Shown in pieces: positions 1 through 8,420 of a DNA stretch of 64,000 bases. The notes below the pieces were generated by a model. The model did not search any database and had not been told where the DNA came from. It saw nothing but the letters and a program-made list of their open reading frames with translations. A program made the translations under genes and the position numbers. The DNA is taken from positions 3,072,001 through 3,136,000 of the forward strand of contig OY764159.1 in assembly GCA_963668175.1 (NCBI GenBank), read 5' to 3'. This DNA comes from Syntrophales bacterium. GTDB taxonomy: Bacteria; Desulfobacterota; Syntrophia; Syntrophales; PHBD01. Numbering within the stretch: position 1 is the first letter of the stretch; each line of letters opens with the position of its first letter.

Positions 1-70
1 CGGATGCCGGTTCCGGGCGGCTCTGGAAAATGCATTTTCACCTTTCCTTCGGCGGGCGATTACGTGTAGA

Positions 71-283
71 ATGAAGGACATGAACACAGAAGGCAATAAC
101 AGGTCCGCGATCAGGGCGGGTTTGCGCGTCCGGGTCGTCCGGAAAGAAGACCAGAAGACGGGCAGGCTGACGGAGGGCATCGTTGCGGATATTCTCACCC
201 GCTCCGCCACGCATCCACACGGCATCAAGGTGCGCCTCCAAAACGGCATCGTCGGCCGCGTCCGCGAAATACTTACGGGATAA
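71..283 (+). CDS. YwbE family small protein (DUF2196)
   Basis: Characteristic KEDQKTGRLTEGIVADILT...HPHGIKVRL..G.VGRV pattern. Confidence 0.85.
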   Translation: MKDMNTEGNNRSAIRAGLRVRVVRKEDQKTGRLTEGIVADILTRSATHPHGIKVRLQNGIVGRVREILTG

Positions 284-376
284 AAGACATCACGTTTCCG
301 CGCTTTGCGGCGAAGTCTCGGAGTTTCACGGAAACAACGGCCGGCATCCTTTATGCCCGGCTGTTTTTCGCCTGCG

Positions 377-862
377 CTACTTTTTCCAGTCGATCCGCCC
401 TTCCTTCCGGACGACGAATTCGTGGCTGCCGAAGAATGTCGAGATTGTGGCGCGGCCCTCGATGGTATAAGGCAGATCGCGGGCGGTGATCAGGGCGATC
501 AGGCTGCCCCCGGGATTCCTGAAAGTGGCTGCGACGGGCGCCTCCACCTGGGCAACCGATGAGGCCGGCAGGAGGATTTCCTTTTCCAGGCTGCCGGAGC
601 CCAGTTCCTCACCATTGACCGCGATCTTATAGGTAAAGGACTTGAGCGTAAGGTCGAAGCCGTTCGGATTGCGGACCTCCAGGCCGAAGGACATGGCCAT
701 TTCCGTAAGCGAACGGGGGTTGACGACAATCCTGTTGACGGCGATCTCGGGCTCCTTCAAGAACCAGCCAAGACAGGAAACGAGCAGCAAAGAAAGGACG
801 ATTACGGCGGCGGCCTTTACAGTGGCCGTCCTTCGTCGCGTTTTTCCCGATACCGTCGGCAT
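377..862 (-). CDS. LEA type 2 / WHy-domain protein, probable lipoprotein
   Basis: Hydrophobic N-terminus ending LVSC; LEVRNPNGFDL motif; beta-rich body. Confidence 0.8.
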   Translation of the reverse strand: MPTVSGKTRRRTATVKAAAVIVLSLLLVSCLGWFLKEPEIAVNRIVVNPRSLTEMAMSFGLEVRNPNGFDLTLKSFTYKIAVNGEELGSGSLEKEILLPASSVAQVEAPVAATFRNPGGSLIALITARDLPYTIEGRATISTFFGSHEFVVRKEGRIDWKK

Positions 863-1137
863 CCGTTATTTCCCCCCTTCTTTTGCGTGATAACGTCGGC
901 AAACCATAATGAGAACCCGCCGCCTTGTCAAGGGAGACGATGGTAAAGGGATCGTCCGTCGTCTTCCTGCCCGGGCAATTTTCCGAATACCGGTGAAAAT
1001 CACCGCCGGACGGGAAAATCGCCGCTTCCGGCATGTTGTCCGGGGGGTGTCGAGGATGTGCAAGGGGAACCCCTGATTGTCATATCCATTCATTATCACA
1101 GGCATTTATCGATTATTCCGCTTTCGCAGCACCGCTT

Positions 1138-1153
1138 TGGCACACGCCTTGCT
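1138..1153 (+). promoter_or_regulatory. sigma54 (-24/-12) promoter
   Basis: TGGCAC-ACGCC-TTGCT with canonical spacing, upstream of the gene at 1220. Confidence 0.7.
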
Positions 1154-1219
1154 CTGGCGTGAGGCGAGTCTGCCGGGAGGGGCGGAAAAACGAACAAGGA
1201 TTAAGGAAGGAGAGTACCG

Positions 1220-1540
1220 ATGAGATCTTTGAAGATACGCGAATTAATCAACGACCAGAAACGGAAGGCCGTCATCACGGCCGCCTCGGGCATGAGCCTC
1301 TTTACCGCCAGTCTGCTCTTCAGCAACTATTTTAAAGGCCTCTTTTCCGTGGCCGCCGTCGGCTTCGTCATTGCCGCAGCCGGGATTCTGTTCCTTCAAT
1401 TCGGCCTCAGCTGCCCCCGGTGCCGTGGGCGGATCGGCAACGTCATCAACAATTCCCTGGGGCCCTTTACGCTGTCGCCGAAAATCCGCTACTGCCCCTT
1501 TTGCGGCGTCGCCCTCGATTCCGACCTCAAACGTCGGTAA
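1220..1540 (+). CDS. Small membrane protein with two TM helices and a C-terminal zinc ribbon
   Basis: RBS AAGGAGGAG; two hydrophobic segments, then CPRC...CPFC. Confidence 0.7.
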   Translation: MRSLKIRELINDQKRKAVITAASGMSLFTASLLFSNYFKGLFSVAAVGFVIAAAGILFLQFGLSCPRCRGRIGNVINNSLGPFTLSPKIRYCPFCGVALDSDLKRR

Positions 1541-1774
1541 GGACGGAGATTTTCCCTCCGGCCCGGGAGGTATTATCGACCCTGCCGGACTTTCTACCTA
1601 CGGCGTCCATCTATAACCGGCCATATCTTGCCTCCATCTCCGCGGCGGCACGGCGCGGTCAACCGACAACCGCTTGCCGCCGCTTTTCGTTCCGCCGTCT
1701 TTCCGCAAGTCCCTGTGGAAGCGCAGCGGTATTTATACATATATAATTATTTCAGACTGTTAGACATTTATTCC

Positions 1775-1810
1775 AAAAAAAAAGAAGGCAGGGTGCTGGT
1801 GGCCCTGCCT
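1775..1810 (-). terminator. Rho-independent terminator (minus strand)
   Basis: Perfect 8-bp stem AGGCAGGG/CCCTGCCT (1786-1793/1803-1810), followed on the minus strand by TC and nine T. Confidence 0.8.
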
Positions 1811-1866
1811 GTTGAGGGGAGTTAGAAAGGAGATTTGGAGTGATGGGTGTTTGTGGTTACATCTTT
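1775..1866 (-). ncRNA. Candidate small regulatory RNA (~90 nt)
   Basis: Minus-strand TTGTCT-N17-TATTCT promoter (1901-1873), C/U-rich body, strong terminator, no credible ORF. Confidence 0.5.
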
Positions 1867-2103
1867 AACTGTAGAATATGAACTTAATATCTGAAAGACA
1901 ATACGGGATAAGTAGTGGTTTTACGGTAAGCAAAAACTACCATATAGAAAAGTGTGAGATATCATCCGGATAATCGGTGGGCTTTGCTGTTTCCGGACCC
2001 TGCGTTTCCCCGGCGGTCCGGCGGGATGCCTGAGGATAGCGACAGGTCCCGTCCGCCGCCACGGCATCCGGCGGACAGGATATACTACGGAGTCGGAAAG
2101 GAG

Positions 2104-2541
2104 TTAGGCCAGCGCCTGGAGACCGGCTTTCGCGATCTGCCCGTCTTCACCGGCGGTCCCGCCGGAAACGCCGATGGCGCCGACGATCTTGCCGTCCATA
2201 AGGATCGGCAGGCCGCCCTCGACGGTGCAGATGCCGTCCAGCGTGAAAATCGCCAGCCTGCCGTCGCTGATGGCATCTTCAAAGGCTTTGGTCGGTCTTT
2301 TGTAGGCTACGGAACATTTCGCTTTATGAATGGCCACATCGACGCTGCCGAACTGGACGGCATCGAAGCGCTCCAGGTAAAGGAGATTACCGCCCGCATC
2401 CACAATCGCGATGGCGACGTTGACTTTCATGAGCGTCGCCGCCGCCGCGGCTCCGGCGGCCACCTTTTTGGCTGCAGCGAGCGGAATGTTGGCCCCGTAA
2501 GGATTGACCATTTGCTGCGATACTATTTTTCTTTCGGCCAT
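2104..2541 (-). CDS. GlcG/HbpS family heme-binding protein (DUF336)
   Basis: VAIAIVDAGGNL...KA.....KRPT...EGGLPI..DGKIVGAIGVSGG....D motifs; start MAERK after an AGAGGAGG RBS. Confidence 0.88.
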   Translation of the reverse strand: MAERKIVSQQMVNPYGANIPLAAAKKVAAGAAAAATLMKVNVAIAIVDAGGNLLYLERFDAVQFGSVDVAIHKAKCSVAYKRPTKAFEDAISDGRLAIFTLDGICTVEGGLPILMDGKIVGAIGVSGGTAGEDGQIAKAGLQALA

Positions 2542-2808
2542 AAGACCCTCCTCTTTGCGGCAGTTCAAAACCTTTCTATATATAAACCGGAGACTTCCCC
2601 ATGTCAACGCCATTTCCGGACGGGAGGCGATTCCCCCGGCACCATTGCAATCCCCTCCCGTGAAGGGCGTTACGTCTTATTGACAGCCGCTGCTGAATGC
2701 TGATATGAACGTTTTTACACAGCATCGGCGTTAACGGCTGAACGTGGACGGCGCCGCCGCCGTCATGCCCGGACACAAGCCAGGTTCACCGCTCATTTTG
2801 GAGGCACC

Positions 2809-3591
2809 ATGAAACCAAGACGCCTTGTAGACCTCAGCATCGCCATCGAGCCGTCCCTGCCCTCGGACCCGCCCATGATGTACCCGAAGATCGATTACGC
2901 CGATCATGCCCGGGGAGCCGTCCAGATGCTCGATTTCTTCCCGGGGATAAGACAGGACCAGCTTCCCGGCGGTCTGGGCTGGGCGATGGAATTCATGACC
3001 CTGACGACCCACAGCGGCACCCACCTGGACGCCCCGTACCACTACCATCCCACCCAGGATGGGGGAAAACCCGCGCAGACGATCGACCAGATACCCCTTG
3101 AATGGTGCCTGAGCGACGGCGTCATCCTCGATTTCCGTCACAAGGCCGACGGCGAGCGCATCACCGCCGACGACTGCCGGAAGGAACTCGACCGGATTGC
3201 CTACCGTCTCAAACCCCTGGACATCGTCCTCGTCCGGACGGGGGCCGACGCGGTATGGGGAACGGCCGAATACCTCGTGAAGGGCCCCGGCATGACCCGG
3301 GAGAGCACCCTTTTCCTGACGGAGCAGGGGGTACGTGTCGTGGGCATCGACGCCTGGAGCTGGGACCGACCGCTGCCCTTCCTCGCCGCCGAATTCAAGG
3401 AGAAGGGCGACCCCAGGGTCGTGTGGGAGGCCCACTTTGCCGGCATCGAACGGGGATACTGCCACATGGAGAAAATGGCCAATCTGGCCGCCATCGGCCG
3501 TCCTCACGGATTTACCGTCTGCTGCTTCCCGGTGAAGATCAAGGGGGCTTCGGCCGGCTGGTGCAGGCCCGTGGCCATTATCGAGGACTGA
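2809..3591 (+). CDS. Cyclase family (kynurenine formamidase-like) metal-dependent hydrolase
   Basis: HSGTHLDAPYH motif, GIDAWSWD, C-terminal GASAGWCRPVAI. Confidence 0.88.
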   Translation: MKPRRLVDLSIAIEPSLPSDPPMMYPKIDYADHARGAVQMLDFFPGIRQDQLPGGLGWAMEFMTLTTHSGTHLDAPYHYHPTQDGGKPAQTIDQIPLEWCLSDGVILDFRHKADGERITADDCRKELDRIAYRLKPLDIVLVRTGADAVWGTAEYLVKGPGMTRESTLFLTEQGVRVVGIDAWSWDRPLPFLAAEFKEKGDPRVVWEAHFAGIERGYCHMEKMANLAAIGRPHGFTVCCFPVKIKGASAGWCRPVAIIED

Positions 3592-3670
3592 CGGGCGTCG
3601 GACCCGCCCGGCGGCGCAAGCTCTGCCGCAAGAGGATGCCGCCTGAGACAGGAGGCTGATTTTATCCGGA

Positions 3671-4444
3671 TTGCCCGATTTTAAGGAGGATGACCTGGAC
3701 GCAATATTTCTGGGCACAAACGGCTGGTTCGAGACGAATACGGGGGCCACTGTATCTGTTCTCGTGAGGACCGCCGACTTCCATATCATCTTCGATGCCG
3801 GCAGCGGCCTGGCGAAGGCCGACCGGTATATCGCCGAGGCGGACGAGAGGCCCGTCTACATCTTCCTCAGCCATTTCCACCTGGCCCATATCCTGGGCCT
3901 CAATACCCTCGTCAAGTTCCGCTTCGCCGGGGGCCTCCATATCGCCGGCCCCGCGGGGACCAGGGAAGCGCTCCGGATGATCGTCAACAGCCCCTATATG
4001 CTCCCCGTATCCCAGATGCCCTATCCCGTCAAGGTCGTCGAACTCCCGGAAGAGAAAAACCGCATCCCCTTCCGGATCGAGACGCGCGCCCTGCGTCACG
4101 GGGTGCTGACGATAGGCTTCCGGATCGAGATCGAAGGCAAGGCCATCGCCTACTGTCCCGACACGGTCTACTGTCCCGCCGCCGTTGACCTGGCGCGGTC
4201 CGCCGACCTGCTCATCGCCGAATGCTCCTACAAGAGAGGCCAGGCAAGCGACCGGCGCCCCCACCTGAACCCCGAGACCGCCGCCAGTATCGCCTATGAG
4301 GCCGACGCCAGGAAGCTGGCCCTAGTCCATTTCGACGCACAGGCACATCCCTTTCTGGCCGACCGGCAGGATTCGGAAAACGCGGCCCGCGACATTTTCA
4401 AGAATTCCTACGCCACCCGCGACGACTTGCGCATGGACATCTGA
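3671..4444 (+). CDS. MBL-fold metallo-hydrolase, RNase Z-like
   Basis: FLGTNGW, FDAGSG, SHFHLAH (variant of HxHxDH), DLLIAEC, HL, LALVHF; start uncertain. Confidence 0.8.
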   Translation: MPDFKEDDLDAIFLGTNGWFETNTGATVSVLVRTADFHIIFDAGSGLAKADRYIAEADERPVYIFLSHFHLAHILGLNTLVKFRFAGGLHIAGPAGTREALRMIVNSPYMLPVSQMPYPVKVVELPEEKNRIPFRIETRALRHGVLTIGFRIEIEGKAIAYCPDTVYCPAAVDLARSADLLIAECSYKRGQASDRRPHLNPETAASIAYEADARKLALVHFDAQAHPFLADRQDSENAARDIFKNSYATRDDLRMDI

Positions 4445-4483
4445 CGGAAATATCCCGAACGGGTTTCCTATGAAATCGCAACG

Positions 4484-6226
4484 CTATGCGGCGGAAGACT
4501 TTCCCGCCCCGGAGGTTTCGGCATCGAGGTCCATCTGGAAGCGTACCGGACCGCGGCAGCCTTTGCCGAAGACCTTGTGGACGGCGCACGCGGAGCCCGG
4601 ATCCGTCCAGGAGGTCGCGATGGCGCCGTGGCCTTTCGGAAAAGGCGTCACCTCGACGTCGATGAACCCGACCGGCGACAGGGCCGACTCACTGTCCACG
4701 AGATCGTCCCCTTCCGCGTAGCAGAGGAGCCATTTGATGCCCCGCTCCGGAATGCCCCGGTAATTCAAGGTCTTGCCGAACATCGTCACCGGGAGCGTCC
4801 CGTCTTCGGAAACGGGTATCGTATAAGAGTCGAAACTGAGCTTCGTGATCGCCTCCGGCAGGTCGGAACGGTCGTAGATCAGCCAGTTGTTCAGGGCGGC
4901 GGCCGTCTTGCTGATGTTGATCTTGTGCCCGTCGTGGCCGCTGAACAGCATCAGGTCCTTGTAAAGGGTCGCCACCGGGGCCTCCTTCTCCATGCTTTTC
5001 AGCTTGTAGACCCAGCTCATGACCTTGCCGTCGACGACGCTGTTGCCGTTCGGAAGCTGCTTCAGGGCGTAATCGAGATCGCGGAAGCGGGGCGGCAGAT
5101 GCTCCATGTATTCCTTGAGGGACTTGCTCCTCGTTCCGTCCATCGGCGCCACGCAGGTGATGAGCGCATCGACGAGGCCGTCGAGCTCGCCGGACAGGAT
5201 ATCGAGGAGCGCGATGAAACCGCCCTGGCAGAAGCCGTTCAGGGTGACCTTCCTTCCATGGATCGCTTTCAGTTTTTTGCAGATAACCCGCGTGTCGGCC
5301 GCGTCATCCTCGCCCGTCATCAGCTGCACCGCCGGGGTCATGTGAATGTCCTTCAGGATCCTGATATAGGTCGGGATGCCCTGGTCGGCGAAGGCGTGGA
5401 CATAGCTCTTTTTCTCTCCCGGCAGAAAGGCCAGGATGTTCGGGCCCAGGACGTACGGGTGCATGATGAGGACGGGCTTGCCGCCTTTCTTCGCCTTGAT
5501 GGACTTGTCCCGGGAAAAGACCTGGTAGACGATGAAACGTTCCGTTTCGACGATCTTTTTATAGCCGCCGTCGTCAAAGTGAAAGCCGAATTCGGGCTCG
5601 ATCGCCCGGATCGCCTCCGGATAATCGTAAATGACCGTCTCCAGGAGATGGTCCAGTTTCGCCGTGTAATCGCGTAGCACACCCGCATCCTGGGTCGAAA
5701 TGGCCTTTACGACGGCATCGAAGGCCTTTTGGCCTTCGGCCCTGTGAAACTGGAGCAGGTCCTTGGCCGTGCCGTTCACCGACTCCCCGGCGATCTGGAT
5801 GTTGAACTTGAGGAGTTCCAGGTAATCCATGGCGCTCTCCAGGGGTGTGCGGTTCACGAGCTTCTCTTTCTCAAGGTTCAGGAAGGCCTCAAGGGCCGTC
5901 CAGTAAGGATTCATGAACTCGCTTAAGTACTTGAGCAGCCCCAGGAAGTAATGCTGGCCCGCCTCCAGGGATTCGGTCGTCGTTTCGGCCGTCGATTCGA
6001 TCCCGCTCATCCGTTCTTCCATGTTCAGACGGATGAATGTTTTGAGGTTGTTCCAGAACGGCAGCGCCGCGTCTTCGGGGTAACTCATGAGACCCAGCCA
6101 GTACTTCTGGTTCTCAAGCCATGCCCGGCCTGCCGTTTCAATGGCCTTGTCCCGGTAATCCTCCAGCTTTCGCCTTTCGTCTGCGAATATCTCGTATGCC
6201 TTCGTCGGCCACAGCGTATGCTTCAT
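4484..6226 (-). CDS. Alpha/beta-hydrolase resembling PHA synthase (PhaC-like), with a long helical N-terminal domain
   Basis: Lipase-box variant GFCQGG, candidate Asp (EGDDLV) and His (KGHGAI); start MKHTLW after a GGAGG RBS. Confidence 0.65.
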   Translation of the reverse strand: MKHTLWPTKAYEIFADERRKLEDYRDKAIETAGRAWLENQKYWLGLMSYPEDAALPFWNNLKTFIRLNMEERMSGIESTAETTTESLEAGQHYFLGLLKYLSEFMNPYWTALEAFLNLEKEKLVNRTPLESAMDYLELLKFNIQIAGESVNGTAKDLLQFHRAEGQKAFDAVVKAISTQDAGVLRDYTAKLDHLLETVIYDYPEAIRAIEPEFGFHFDDGGYKKIVETERFIVYQVFSRDKSIKAKKGGKPVLIMHPYVLGPNILAFLPGEKKSYVHAFADQGIPTYIRILKDIHMTPAVQLMTGEDDAADTRVICKKLKAIHGRKVTLNGFCQGGFIALLDILSGELDGLVDALITCVAPMDGTRSKSLKEYMEHLPPRFRDLDYALKQLPNGNSVVDGKVMSWVYKLKSMEKEAPVATLYKDLMLFSGHDGHKINISKTAAALNNWLIYDRSDLPEAITKLSFDSYTIPVSEDGTLPVTMFGKTLNYRGIPERGIKWLLCYAEGDDLVDSESALSPVGFIDVEVTPFPKGHGAIATSWTDPGSACAVHKVFGKGCRGPVRFQMDLDAETSGAGKSSAA

Positions 6227-6900
6227 GATCCCTCCCCCTCTCCCTGAAAGCTCCCTCAAGCACGATGCCCCTTTTTCCTATGCCCGCATTTTACACGGAA
6301 GGTTTCCGAGTTGAGCGACTTTCTCCGGTCTGTCGCCCTGCCCGTAAGCCTGCCGGCCGTCATCATCGCCCCTCGACATGACGCAGGGGACCTCCGGAAA
6401 TATATGGAACACGTCCAACCGATGAATTGTCTTTTTAAAATAATGGCCGCAGCGCCGTTTGTCAAGACATAATGTTGCAATGCAATATATTTTCGCATCT
6501 ATCCCATAGGTCTGCATTTATTCATATCCATATTATATATTTATATCTTTATATACATCCTGAAACGATTTTCATCCGTGATTCCTGACAACATATTGCA
6601 CCGCAATGCCGCCGCCCCGCCGCCGGAAACGGCGCGCACCTTCATGGCGGCAGCCGTTGCCGCGGCCTATTTCAGACTTGACATCCGTATCCCGAAGGGC
6701 ATAAGAGGAGGACATGCTCCGCCGGTATTTCGGACGAATCGGGGGCTTGGCATAACCGAACATCTTGATTTATGCCTTCTTGCCTTGTCCGGCGGTGCGG
6801 GATACGTTATGGTCATTCCGGCGTCCCCGCGACGGGAGGCGTTCTCGAAGAACGGCCATGAAGCAACAGCGATACATTATAGAATGGAAAGGATGACAAC

Positions 6901-7632
6901 ATGTTAAAATTCGGTGGGATGGTGTTGGCGGCCATGGCATGTGGCGTTATTTTAATGACCGGCGGGCAGGCGTGGGCCGCGGACGAGGCCGCCAAGAAAG
7001 CGCAGGCGCCCCAAATGACCGACAAGGAAAAACTCAGCTATACCCTGGGCGTCAATACGGGAAAGAACATTCAGCAGCAGGCCATCGATATCGATCCCGA
7101 CCAGTTCTCGAAGGGCATGAAGGACGCCCTGTCGGGGGCGAAACCGGCCCTGACGGACGAAGAAATGCTCCAGTCCATCATGGCCCTGCAGAAGGACATG
7201 CAGGAAAAACAGGCGGCCAAAATGAAGGGCCTGGCAGAAGAGAACAAGAAGAAGGGCGAAGCCTTCCTGGCCGAAAACAAGAATAAGGAAGGGGTCAAAA
7301 CCCTGCCCAGCGGCCTTCAATACAAAATCATCAAGAACGGCAAAGGCAAGTCCCCGAAACTTACCGACACGGTAACGGCCAACTATAAAGGAACGTCGAT
7401 AGACGGTACGGAATTCGACAGTTCCTACAAGCGGGGCGAGCCCGCGAAGTTCCCCCTCAAAGGCGTCATCCCCGGCTGGATCGAGGCCCTTAAACTGATG
7501 AAGGTCGGATCGCAGTGGCAGATCTTCGTCCCGGCAAATCTCGGTTACGGCGAACGGGGTGCAAGTCCCGTCATCGGGCCTAACGAAACGCTGATTTTTG
7601 AAATCGAGCTTCTGAAGATCAGCTCGAAGTAG
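6901..7632 (+). CDS. FKBP-type peptidyl-prolyl cis-trans isomerase (FkpA/Mip-like), exported
   Basis: Signal peptide, KLSYTLG dimerisation domain, SGLQYK, EFDSSYKRGEP, VIPGWIEAL. Confidence 0.95.
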   Translation: MLKFGGMVLAAMACGVILMTGGQAWAADEAAKKAQAPQMTDKEKLSYTLGVNTGKNIQQQAIDIDPDQFSKGMKDALSGAKPALTDEEMLQSIMALQKDMQEKQAAKMKGLAEENKKKGEAFLAENKNKEGVKTLPSGLQYKIIKNGKGKSPKLTDTVTANYKGTSIDGTEFDSSYKRGEPAKFPLKGVIPGWIEALKLMKVGSQWQIFVPANLGYGERGASPVIGPNETLIFEIELLKISSK

Positions 7633-7764
7633 CCAAACGGCCGCTTATCCTATCCCTGAGAAATGACCTTCCCGGCGGCGGGCCGAAGCGGATTGGAGTG
7701 TTTTCCATATCCCCGGTTCGCCGCTGCAGACCGAAACCCCCAGCGTTCTTCAAGATCATATCCT

Positions 7765-7793
7765 TTGACATTGCCGGTGCATTCATTTATAAC
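7765..7793 (+). promoter_or_regulatory. sigma70 promoter of the modE-like gene
   Basis: TTGACA-N17-TATAAC. Confidence 0.6.
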
Positions 7794-7821
7794 GCAATCA
7801 AAGGATAGTGATTTCAAAGAT

Positions 7822-8169
7822 ATGAAGATCACACACAAAATCTGGCTCGAGAAAGACGGCCAAATCGTCTTTGGCGAAGGCCGGGAAGAAATCCTCACGG
7901 CCGTCGCCGAATGCGGCAGCCTGTACAGTGCGGCCCGGCGTCTCAAAATGTCGTACCGTTCCGCCTGGGGTAAGATCAGGAAAGTCGAGGAGCGCCTCGG
8001 CCTGAAACTCGTCGAAGCACCCCAAGGCGGCCGGGGGCTGCAACTGACCCCCGAAGGAAAAATGCTGCTCGACGAATTTCATCGCCTGGAGGCGGATGTC
8101 CGCTCTTTTATCGGGAGCCGGTCATACAACTTCGCCCTAATCGAAAAACCCCCCGAAAACAGCAAATAA
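7822..8169 (+). CDS. modE: Short ModE-family winged-helix regulator lacking the molybdate-binding TOBE/mop domains
   Basis: KIWLE...FGEGR..IL.AV...GSL..AA..L.MSYR.AWGKI...E..LG..LV...GG...LT; about 115 aa. Confidence 0.8.
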   Translation: MKITHKIWLEKDGQIVFGEGREEILTAVAECGSLYSAARRLKMSYRSAWGKIRKVEERLGLKLVEAPQGGRGLQLTPEGKMLLDEFHRLEADVRSFIGSRSYNFALIEKPPENSK

Positions 8170-8253
8170 TTTCTTCCCTCCCCGGCCCCTCGTCCCGTCA
8201 CGCCCTTGATGTCTCCGGCTACGCCGATCCACCCCATTATGCTCGGCCGCACA

Positions 8254-8271
8254 TATATCAAAAGTGACATA
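8254..8271. promoter_or_regulatory. Candidate ModE-family operator upstream of the molybdoenzyme operon
   Basis: TATATCA-AAAG-TGACATA (one mismatch from a perfect palindrome); same motif upstream of modA. Confidence 0.6.
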
Positions 8272-8294
8272 ACTATTTAATTTAATTATACTTC

Positions 8295-8323
8295 TTGACT
8301 TGCCGCCGATTCCTGTATACAAT
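8295..8323 (+). promoter_or_regulatory. sigma70 promoter of the molybdoenzyme operon
   Basis: TTGACT-N17-TACAAT. Confidence 0.6.
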
Positions 8324-8420
8324 ATTTTCCGCAATAGATATTCCGGGTCGGGGCGGTTTCGCCGTCTCCCGGCAGGCAATATCGACAAGCTTACACTTAT
8401 TTGGACAGGAGGTACGTTGT

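Noticed and set aside
6678..6776. 13-codon mini-ORF (MLRRYFGRIGGLA, 6714-6755) with GAGGAGG, TTGACA and a weak hairpin
   Set aside because: SD spacing is very short, the -10 is poor and there is no supporting evidence; could be chance
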